DNA of 62,991 nucleotides, the filler included, from Octopus bimaculoides (Eukaryota): the NCBI RefSeq assembly GCF_001194135.2. It is 5 parts of 4 records of this genome, joined end to end, with 100 filler letters (N's around TTAATTAATTAA, not from the genome) between each part and the next. Parts side by side here need not be neighbours in the genome. Positions count along the whole stretch, not along the records: positions 50,385 to 62,991 come from NC_068993.1; 4 more parts are not named here. One strand, 5' to 3'. Positions 51,939-62,991 of this stretch are shown here, one piece after another; within the stretch, counting starts at the first letter, position 1; every line of letters begins with the position of its first letter. Below the pieces are notes generated by a model. That model made no database searches, was not told the origin of the DNA, and worked only from the letters and a program-made list of their open reading frames with translations. Position numbers and translations under genes: made by a program.

Positions 51939-52305
51939 CTCTCTACTGCTCTTCCACGCTCCACTCAGGCAAAGAAAAATGTTCCGAAACGTGAAATTCT
52001 TCACTCCTCACAACAATTTTGAACTTATTGAAGTTTTCTAATAAGTCTCTTAGCAAACAATAAAGACGTTCACGTTTCATATCCGATCCCATCCGTTAGA
52101 TTATGTAACCAAGACATTTAACTTCTAACGGCCTTGTTCTGCCAATTTACATTAGCTCTCAGACGATACCAGACGATGACTGAATGTAACAGATGGTGAA
52201 ACTGATAATTTCCTGGTTTGAAATACTGTGAAATTCCTTCCGTGAAACAATTACATGCAATAGGTTGAAATAAAATTACTCAGGTATAAAAAGAGTGAAA
52301 AAAAA

Positions 52306-52628
52306 GGTAAAGACCCGTTCGGTCATGAATGACCATGGGATTGTAACTAGTAATTTCCCCTCCGAGGCACAGAAGTCCTGTCAAGGTCGTTTGTTGAAGA
52401 CCAGCATTGGGCCATGCATATCAGCCTCCTCTCTCCTCACCACTGATGTTGTACAGCAGAAAGGCAAACGCCGATAAACTCTGCACTGGTGATGTCACAA
52501 GATTTCTACAACTGAATGAACTGGAGCAACGTAAAATAAAGTGTCTGGCTAAAGAACACAACACACAGCCCCGTCCGAGAATCGAACTCACTACCTCATG
52601 ATTGTGAACCCGACGCTCTAACCACTGA
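52306..52628 (-). mobile_element. SINE family D
   Basis: Collinear with 34658-34990: ctggagcaacgtaaaataaagtgtc..aagaacacaacac..gaatcgaactcactacctcatgattgtga.cccgacgctctaaccactga. Confidence 0.88.
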
Positions 52629-52774
52629 AGAAAAGAAATGGAAGGAAGCATTAACAGCTCCATAGTTTCCTCGTTTAAGGATGAAAAACAATATTGACAA
52701 TCACAGTGTAGCTACAACATCAGCTCAAAGTAGGTTAATGTTCGTGGACTATATCGGTTTCAAACGTTGATTCA

Positions 52775-53270
52775 AGGCCGGTGATTTTTGATGAAGATAT
52801 GAGTCGATTACATCGACCCCAGTACGCAACCGGAACTTATTGTATCGAACCGGAAGCAAAGACGGCCACGGCGGAATTAGAACTCAGATCGTATTTACGG
52901 ATGAAATGACGCAAAGCATTTTGTCCGGCGTGCTAACGATTCTGTCCGCTCGCCGACTTGATTCACGGAATATACTGAGCATTAGAAAGCACAATCTATC
53001 CGCACCAAAAAATAATGCTTTCAAAGTTTAGCTCAAGTCCGGCAATTTTAGAGGAGGGCATGAATTACATCGACTGTAGTAGTGTTCCAATCGTAGCTAT
53101 TTCATCATTTCCAGAAAGGATGAAAAGTAAAGTGGATCACGGCGGAATTTTGAACTCTACCGTTTGGTATCTTTGTAAGGAAATCAGCTGGTTAAGTCAG
53201 TTTAAAGAGCCGAAACAAATGCCCCGAAATACTTTTAGCTAACGAACTAACGATTCAACCAGTTAGCCGA
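52775..53270 (-). mobile_element. Two SINE family C copies (52775-52955 and 53010-53270)
   Basis: gagtcgattacatcgaccccagtac...ggcggaattagaactcag...cggcgtgctaacgattctg; the second copy has gaaaggatgaaaagtaaagt..cggcggaattttgaactc. Confidence 0.8.
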
Positions 53271-54897
53271 AATTAAAGTAACCTTTCCAAAAAAAAAAAA
53301 ATAGTAGAATGTTTCATAGGCGATAATATTTTATCTTTATCTTTATCTGTATATGATATAAATATCTTATCTTTATCTGTATATGATAAAGATAAAGATA
53401 AGCATCCAACAGCACCAGTTCGATGATTCATCCTGGTTTTCATTGACATTGCTTCCTCGTTTAGTTTTTCTATGATTCCAGGAGGAAGAGCCAAGTTTTA
53501 GAATTTTGTCGCTTGTATAATATTATTAAGAGCATAAACGTTAATTGATTGACTCAGGTTTCAAACTTGTGCTTAATGAAAAAATAACGTTGGTTATGAT
53601 ACTAGCGGTGAAACGTTAGAGCTATCATGACGACTCACTCAGAGTTACTTCCCTTAGCTGTTCTACGTTATTAATAACTTAGATAACAAACAATTGTTTT
53701 GTCTGAGGAGAGTCATTTTCTTTTTGTGCCTTATAATTTAACACACTCACCGGTAAAATGTCCACTTATTATTTTTATTTTCCTAAACACAACAAAATAT
53801 GCTTCAACACACGAACTCACATAAAGAATCTTGCAAACCAAATCCAAAAACGAAAAACAATTGTTAAATATCCATGTAATACAGCACACAATTCACAACA
53901 TACATACATACATACATACACCACATGCAAAACAGAAACGCCACCCAACAAAATAATACGACTCACGTGGCTTATACACTGCAGTTCAGACGAAACCACT
54001 GAACAGAGGGAAAATCTCACAGTAAATCGACGAAGCTGGTGTAGTATAGGAAGAACACTATTCTGCATATTCAAATAGCAATGATGCACACAGAATAAGA
54101 ATATGTCGATGCATCTGGTACAGCAGCAACAAGTTCTACCGCTTTTCTGACAACATGATGATGACAATAATAATAAGCATGGAACAGTAGAAATGACTGT
54201 AGGTGTGTATGTGCATAAATTTGTGTGAGTGCGCGAGAACTCGCGTGTGTGTGTGTGTGCATTTCCCATACAAGGTATTCTCTATATATGTGCATATATT
54301 ATCGTGTGTATGCATGCAAGTTGCATTCATACAGGTAGGTGTACTTACATACATAAAGATACATGAGACATTGCTTATAATCTTATACACACATATATNN
54401 NNNNNNNNGGGTAATTGTTGATAAATTGGATAAATAAATATTTCAATCTGTATATATAAGAATATGTCTTTGTGTGTATTTGTGTGTGTGTGTGTGTGTG
54501 TGTGTAAGCATGTGAGTGTATGTGAATGCGTGTGTATGTGTGGGTATGTGCGCGTGTGAATACACTTTATGGTTATAAGTGGTAAAAACGTGTGGAACAG
54601 ACATAAGAGTACACAAACTCCCATAAACACACACGTATACATACATATATAATTCATACACACATACAAACAGATACACACATACTTTCATTCACACATA
54701 CATAGACAAGTGTGTGAGGAAAAAAAGGAACTATGAGCATTTTGATCATTTGAACATACATCGGATTGGGTTAGAGTCAAACTAAATCAGGTTCACATTC
54801 AAAGCTTTTTATATTCTCACTATATTTACGATTTTTTTTTTCTTTCATTCTTCCTATCTCTCCCCTTATTTTTCTCAATCTATCTTTCGTACATACA

Positions 54898-54933
<36 letters not shown>

Positions 54934-55031
54934 GTATGTGGGGAAAGTTACTATTACAGTTTTCAATAAATGTCAAATACTGTTTTACTCTATCCCAAAA
55001 CTTTATACTGTTTTGCAAAAACATACCAAAA

Positions 55032-55071
<40 letters not shown>

Positions 55072-55866
55072 NNNNNNNNNNNNNNNNNNNNNNNNNNNNN
55101 NNNNNNNNNNNNNNNNNNNNNNNNNNNNNNNNNNNNNNNNNNNNNNNNNNNNNNNNNNNNNNNNNNNNNNNNNNNNNNNNNNNNNNNNNNNNNNNNNNNN
55201 NNNNNNNNNNNNNNNNNNNNNNNNNNNNNNNNNNNNNNNNNNNNNNNNNNNNNNNNNNNNNNNNNNNNNNNNNNNNNNNNNNNNNNNNNNNNNNNNNNNN
55301 NNNNNNNNNNNNNNNNNNNNNNNNNNNNNNNNNNNNNNNNNNNNNNNNNNNNNNNNNNNNNNNNNNNNNNNNNNNNNNNNNNNNNNNNNNNNNNNNNNNN
55401 NNNNNNNNNNNNNNNNNNNNNNNNNNNNNNNNNNNNNNNNNNNNNNNNNNNNNNNNNNNNNNNNNNNNNNNNNNNNNNNNNNNNNNNNNNNNNNNNNNNN
55501 NNNNNNNNNNNNNNNNNNNNNNNNNNNNNNNNNNNNNNNNNNNNNNNNNNNNNNNNNNNNNNNNNNNNNNNNNNNNNNNNNNNNNNNNNNNNNNNNNNNN
55601 NNNNNNNNNNNNNNNNNNNNNNNNNNNNNNNNNNNNNNNNNNNNNNNNNNNNNNNNNNNNNNNNNNNNNNNNNNNNNNNNNNNNNNNNNNNNNNNNNNNN
55701 NNNNNNNNNNNNNNNNNNNNNNNNNNNNNNNNNNNNNNNNNNNNNNNNNNNNNNNNNNNNNNNNNNNNNNNNNNNNNNNNNNNNNNNNNNNNNNNNNNNN
55801 NNNNNNNNNNNNNNNNNNNNNNNNNNNNNNNNNNNNNNNNNNNNNNNNNNNNNNNNNNNNNNNNNN

Positions 55867-55916
<50 letters not shown>

Positions 55917-55943
55917 TATATATACATATATAAATATGTATGC

Positions 55944-55992
<49 letters not shown>

Positions 55993-56589
55993 TGTGCATG
56001 CATACATATTTACACACACATTATACATACATTACAAAAGGAGACATATATGACAGTGAAGTGCATCCAATTTTTTTTCTTTCTTTTCTAATCGTTACTT
56101 AGTTGTGTCGAGTGAAACCTCGCACAGTTAACACAAAGCTCAATTTATCAACATGTTTTTCAGAAAACGCCATGGCGTAGAAACTTCAATACCATAACTG
56201 TCAGAAATCAATTTATTATAAGGAATATTGCAAAATTGCATGAGAATTTGCCAGCACTACATTTCGACACGAATGTAACAAAATGAGCGCTCATACGTGT
56301 ACCATTTTAGATGTCAATGTATAATGATAGACAATCTGTTTTTATATAGAAGGAAAGACATTGAGAGACGGAAAACGTTCATATAAGTAGCTTTTAGAAA
56401 TAGATAGACAGAGAGAAAGAGAGAGAGGGGAGAGAGTGAGAGAGAGAAGGAAAGCGAGAGAGGGATAAAAAAAACACACACACACACGTACACACACTCA
56501 CACACACACACACATATTACATATTTATGTGTATGTATACATGCATAGACTAACAGGTGGAAACTGGATTGCACATACAATATAGCGTT

Positions 56590-56634
<45 letters not shown>

Positions 56635-57105
56635 NNNNNNNNNNNNNNNNNNNNNNNNNNNNNNNNNNNNNNNNNNNNNNNNNNNNNNNNNNNNNNNNNN
56701 NNNNNNNNNNNNNNNNNNNNNNNNNNNNNNNNNNNNNNNNNNNNNNNNNNNNNNNNNNNNNNNNNNNNNNNNNNNNNNNNGCGTGTGCGTGTGTGTGTGT
56801 GTGTATCTGTGTGTGTATGTATGTATTCAAGCATAGACAAACAGGTGGAGACTGGATAGCACACACAACGTACTGTTTTTGCATGCGTGTGTATCATTCT
56901 GTGTGTGCGTGGGTGTATGTGTGTGTAAAATGAAACACAGTTGCATATATGTATATGTATATATATGTGTGTGCGTGTGTGTGTGTGTGTGTATGTGTAT
57001 TCAAGCAAACACATTCACACATGATAATGCATATATAGACATTAACTCATGTATAATAAAGATAACTCCATACGTATTCACATCTACATGGAGTGCAATA
57101 GATAA

Positions 57106-57142
<37 letters not shown>

Positions 57143-58149
57143 GTGGGAGAAAGAGAGAGTGAGAAATACAAATGAAGGCGTTCTCTTCAGAAACTTGACA
57201 GATTTTCATCAAGCGCAGTTGTTGGTAAGAAAACTTCAAAATGACAGGACAAGTCGTAAAATTGCTACGTTTTAGTGACTTGTGCAAGTAGAAGGCAGTT
57301 GCGTTTCAATTTTCACTTTAGCAAGTAATTAATATTCATCTTTTGTTTCTGTCACGTAATACTGTCGCTTCAGTGTTTAGACTAAACATTGACTTCCCTC
57401 AAGTGAACAAATAGAACGGTTACAGTTATCTTTGACAAGTTTTATAAATGTTTTCAATTATACGAACATGAAAGAAGCGATTTGTTAGTTGTAATGTACA
57501 ATATGTGTCAAAGCCCGACCAGAACAAGTCTGTTGCGAAGCATATATCAAGTTATTGGCTACAGGGATTATGTTTAATCGAATAACTACAAACTCATAAA
57601 GTATACAAAGCCTGACCGATAGCGGACAAACATGATCTATATATATATAAACATACACATTCACATATCTGCAAATGTGTGCATATATGCCTAATAAAAC
57701 GTATATATTTAGAGATGTATGAGTATTTATTTATATCTATCTATATGTATGTGTGCGTGTGTGTGTACGTGTGTATATGTATGTATGTATTGTATACATA
57801 AATTTTTGTGTGTGGGCGTGTGTTTGTGTTAGTATATATTATTGGTATTAGAATGAGAATTTAAAGAGGACGGACCTGTAACTTCTATTTGTTAAGAAAA
57901 GAAGTTAATAACTAACTATATGACTAACATATGATCATAAAGAAACGAAGGCACCTTCTTTAGAATTGTTCTTCGTGTAGTGATGGGGTTGGTGTTGTGG
58001 ATAATTCTCATGCCATTCATGATCATTTTATGGAGCTTTTCATTGCTTGCTCCGTGTTTGGATGAAAAATGTGAAGATTATAGAGAATCGTAGAGGTTTG
58101 TGTGCGACAAAATAAGATTGTGAACATTATCGCACGTAAGAAGTTTGGA

Positions 58150-59420
58150 TTTAGTAGAATCGGTTGGTGAGATTGATGCTTTTGACTTTGCTCTTCATCG
58201 TTGAATGAAAGACTTGTGAAGAAGCAGGCATTCCAGATACCCAATGGTCTGTGGAGAACGACTTTATTTGATAGTTAGGGAAAACCTGAGATGAGAACAT
58301 AAGATGGGTGATGAGACGAAGAGACATATGTTTGTCGGATGTTACTGGGATGGAAATTGCATGAAACCAGTTTGTGTGCTTTTAAATGATTTCATGCCAA
58401 TCAATCGAGTTACCCTTGTTTAGATGTTGTCTAGGATGCGATTCCTGTGTGTATACCAGCAAATCCGTCCTAAATATGGGAACAATAGTTCCAGTTCATT
58501 GTGGAATTCGTCTAAGGTTTACCGAAGTTTACTAAGTTTGGAAAAAAGTAGTTTCTGTTTCTGAGACAGAAATATAGTTTTTGAGATGTAGTTTTTACAA
58601 TGCTGAGGATATGCGATCGCCTGGAAAGATTCTCAGTGATGTCAAAGCCCAATATTTGAATCAATCGGAAGGGAGAAATTGGGTTGCGATGATACTTTCA
58701 TGGTATGTGTTGTGGTAGTGACATTTATCTTTGGAAGGAGACAAGATGGCTACGATTCCATTTGAGGATGTTTTCACAGTCTCTGTTCATTAAGTCAGTT
58801 AGGGTCTAGCATCAGGTATTTCGCTTGCTTGTGGATAACGCATGGGTGCAGGTATTTAGGGAGGAATGAATCATCTGTAGAGGGGTAGTAAACCGTGACG
58901 TACAGCAGGAAGATTCTGGAAACTAAACTGAATCCTGAGCATCAAAGATGATAGCGTTTGCATAAGAGAGAATAACTAGCGCGCACCGGAGAAGTGTAAT
59001 ACAAGAAGTAATTAATCCAAAATCGAAGATGAAAGATTGTAGCTCTCCAGTTGTTCTGGTTTCATCAAAGCCGTACATGTGGTCATTAAGCAGGAAGATA
59101 GTTTCAAAGTGTTAAAGAAGGTTGTCTATATACGTGACCTCTGAGATGTTGGAAGTTAGTGCTCAGGAAATATAGTTAGTAGGATTATAGAAAACTGCCT
59201 CTCTTGAGAATAAAGGACACTGTTGCATGTTTCCAAAGATTATACTTAAACCAGAGAAAGAGGTAGAGGAGGTTAGATTGAAGAGTCTTAGTGAGGATAA
59301 GTGCTAACTTTATGGTTAACTGTTTGATGATAATGGAAGATATATTGTCAAAGTTTGTTGGTTTTCTTAGTTTGAAGCGAACGGGGATATTTCGTTGTTG
59401 TGGGCATGTAATGCGTAACA
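58150..59420 (-). mobile_element. Heavily decayed APE-type LINE RT (CR1/Jockey-like)
   Basis: Minus-strand fragments WKHATVSFILKRG, NPTNY..ALTSNISEV, LNDHMYGF, ENILKW, ILGFDITENLS..HILSIVK and RILDNI*TRVTRLIG, in canonical RT order. Confidence 0.7.
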
Positions 59421-59654
59421 GTGACTCTGGTACAGTGGAAAGTGAGAGTTTTACAATAAAAATACAAAAAATACACCAAATATTTTTATTCTAGTTGAAA
59501 AGAAAATAGATCATACCTTGTGGTCTTAGAACATTGGATGGTTCAAAAAGATCGGGTAATCCCAGCTGGAATACCTTTAATCATAGGCTTGATCGATAAA
59601 ATCTGCTCTTGAGCTAAACAATAGAAGCAACCTCTAAAGAAAGTTATTTGTATT

Positions 59655-59733
59655 ACCCTAACCCTAACCCTAACCCTAACCCTAACCCTATAGGGTTAGG
59701 GTTAGGGTTAGGGTTAGGGTTAGCGTTAGGGTT
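59655..59733. repeat. Interstitial telomeric palindrome: about 6 CCCTAA units directly abutting about 7 TTAGGG units
   Basis: acccta(accct a)n|tagggt(tagggt)n with centre CCCTA|TAGGG at 59690/59691; 36-bp arms with one mismatch (59724). Confidence 0.95.
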
Positions 59734-60792
59734 AATTAATTAGACTAAACGTCCAGATAATCTTGTCTCTATTAAGCAAACTTCTGAACGACATAGTATC
59801 ATGTTGATTCATGTTTGCTGGTGATATTTCGTGAAAAAGATTCCCCGAACAGCCTACTTCATTTCACTAGACACGATTCTAGTTTCCATTTATATTTTCA
59901 AGAAGTTACTTCTCGTTAAACATTTAGTTCTTAAGACACTTGCAATTAGTAGCATGACGGAAAACAGCACGATACAACGAAGACGAAAGGAAATTAGGAA
60001 TTTCCACTCCCTTAAGTCCAAAGCGAGCTTAATTACAGGAAAAATACCAAACTATTCTCAGAAACAATGAAAACGAAAACAGTTTCTCCAACACTGTTTC
60101 TAATTGTTAATATCGATTTATATAATGCGGTCGCATGTCAGGAACTATAGAGCGCTGGGCAAAATGTTTTACGTTCTGATTTAGACCAATCGGATTTCTT
60201 TTCTTTTGAGGGTTTTTTTCTCCGCCTTTCATCATTCCGATGTCGATAAAATAAGTACCAGTTAAGTACTGAGGGAATTTGATCAACTAAGTCTGCATTC
60301 CCACATTTGAAATCAATTTCCATTATAGTGATTCATGTAGACTAAGAGTTAAACTTCTGATAGGTTGAACCTAGAATGAAGCTTCAGCTTGGAAGCTGTT
60401 TCCCTAGATGAACGCAGCTAATGATATTAGCAAATGCACCAACACTACAATTTCTATTGATTTCTTACTTGCGAACGCCAGATTAAATGTTTTTATAGTA
60501 GTTAGTCGTTCCCTGTTTATTCTATGTTCAAAATGCACCAAGATTTGCTTTGCTGTTCATCAAACTGGGTACGTTAAAAATAGTAAATGACTAAAATCAA
60601 TTCCCTACCACAATGTTTATGAAAGAAATTAACAATATTGTTTACGATGTTTCTTTTTAGTAGACACAATGACAATTTTTGGAGGAGAGGTAGTAGAGCT
60701 ATCTGAACTATAGCAGTATATTACAAGTATTGTTTTGTAAATACACTAGCACTAAAATGGTTTCTTAAAGATAGCCTCTTCGCAAGGGAATG

Positions 60793-61805
60793 TTATATAT
60801 ATGGAAGAAAGTAATTTCGGGTTTTTAGTGTAAAATAAAAGTCATTTGCTTTTTATTTTTTCATTCAAAGAATGAACTTTAATCAGTTATATACTTTCCA
60901 TTTTGTTCGATGATACTTTTCCATCTTTCTGGCAACTTCATGATTCCGTGCTCATAAAACTTCTGGTTCTTATCAGCCAAAGCTGAAGCAAGTGCGATTT
61001 TAGGTCAACATCATTATTGAAAGATTTACCATTCAAAGAAGTTTGCAAACTTCGAAATAAATGGTAATCTGATGGTGCAAGGTCTGGGCTACATGGTGGA
61101 TGTAACATCACTTCACAACCGAGCTCCAATAATTTCTCACGAGTTAACAAATATGTGTGTGGTCTAGCGTTGTTATGGTGGAACACAATCCCTTTACGAT
61201 TTGCCAATTCTGACCATTTTTCTTTGATTGCTTCCTCCAGTTTCATTAGTTGTTGACAGTAAACATCTGAATTAATCGTTTAGTCCCTTGAAGGCAGCTC
61301 AAAATTCACAACACCTTTGAAATCCCACTAAATTGACAGCATGACCTTTATTTGATACAATTCAGCTTTCGATGTGGTTTGTGCTGGTTCATTACGCTTG
61401 GACCATGATCGGTTTCGATTGATGTGAATTGTAGACAATCCATTTTTCGTCACCAGTGATGATGCATTTCAAAAATAGTCGATTTCATTGTGTTTGAGAC
61501 ACCTATCGCAAATATTGATTTATTGTGTAAGGTCAATCTCTTTCAGTTTATGTGGAGCCCAAATATCGAGCTTCTTAATGAGTCCAAGACATTTGAAGTA
61601 TTTTCACTTGTTGTGTGTGAGACATTTAACCTCTCTACAATCTCTTGTACAGTTATATAAAAATCAGATTCAATTATGGCTTTGATTCGATCATCATCAA
61701 CATCAGTCGGTCGACCAGAACGTTGGTCGTCTTTAAACGAAAAATCTCCGGAACGGATTATTTAAAACAATATCTACTATGTGCGATCTTTTGAGCAACC
61801 AACAC
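60793..61805 (-). mobile_element. mariner (D,D34D-type) transposon relic: degenerate right TIR and broken transposase, left end missing
   Basis: LKDDQRSGRP, IITGDEKWIVYN, VFHHNNARPH and HPPCSPDLAPSDYHLFRSLQ. The TIR-like tatatatatggaagaaagtaatttcgggttttt lies at ~60793-60825. Confidence 0.9.
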
Positions 61806-62089
61806 TATATATTTCACATATCACAAAGTGATATGTGAAATGTGTGTGTGTGTTTGTGCGTGTGTGTGTGTGTAAATGGGTCAGTGTGCCTGTCTCTTTG
61901 TTCATACACAGTCACAGCTCATGTACAGTGTTGCACACCGCCGCGCAATGTATGCATGTTTAAACAGAGGAAGACTCAGAAACACACATACGTATATACT
62001 CCTATTTATCAATCTATTTATCTGTCTATCCATCTATCTATTTATCTATCTATTTATGTAGCTAGCTATCTCTCTCTTTCTCACCCTCT

Positions 62090-62545
<456 letters not shown>

Positions 62546-62991
62546 CAACATTTTGCGTTCCACAACATTAGACAATACAGTTATACTGTGATACTCCGAT
62601 ATGACGTCACATGTAATTTACTGCCACTTCAAATGTTTGTCGTTTTTCTTTGTTTCAATTTTTTTTTTTTTTTCATTCAAACTTCATTGCAGCAATCATC
62701 TTTTTGATCAACCTTTTAGATTCTCCAATTCTGGCTCGCCGTAAGCATCGAACATAATGAAGCGTTCAAGGTGTTTAATGCATTGGTGCTTCCCTTGTGT
62801 GCACACTATCCATGCCTCAAATGAAGAACATTAGAAATGTTTTACGTAAATGTAAAAATATATATTATTAGAAAATGACATCGACGCCACACAGTGTTTT
62901 GTGTGTGTGCGTGGGTATGTTTGTGTGTGTGTGTGTGTCTGTGTGTGTGTGAATGATACCGATAATTTTATCGGTATCATCGTCATCTTTT

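Noticed and set aside
33827-52628. tRNA genes at SINE heads
   Set aside because: A/B boxes are present but continue into shared SINE bodies without a 3' acceptor stem; not functional tRNA genes.
59655-59733. Ancient telomere-telomere fusion site
   Set aside because: The repeat order is opposite to that produced by end-to-end fusion.

Overview
Repeat-saturated, AT-rich eukaryotic DNA from a gapped draft assembly. The SINE families and microsatellite load look like an octopus (coleoid cephalopod) genome; this is recognition from memory, not a search result. I recognise no host protein-coding gene, intact RNA gene, CRISPR array or prokaryotic feature. Most ORFs in the supplied track are microsatellite or N-gap artefacts. 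Supported content: two Penelope-like retroelement pieces (one is a stop-free 249-codon frame at 1-747 that the track misses); a stack of R4/Dong-type RLE LINE fragments separated by (TAA)n arrays at 16.6-23.5 kb, with an unexplained ~546-bp non-coding element flanked by the same arrays; CR1-like and other decayed LINEs; mariner, hAT and pogo transposase relics; two small MITE-like foldbacks; four tRNA-derived SINE families (my labels A-D); a 5S rRNA pseudogene next to a tRNA-SINE head; and a zero-loop (CCCTAA)n/(TTAGGG)n palindrome. A few weak + strand exon candidates are reported only as leads. Coordinates and mismatch counts are by hand and may be off by a few bases.
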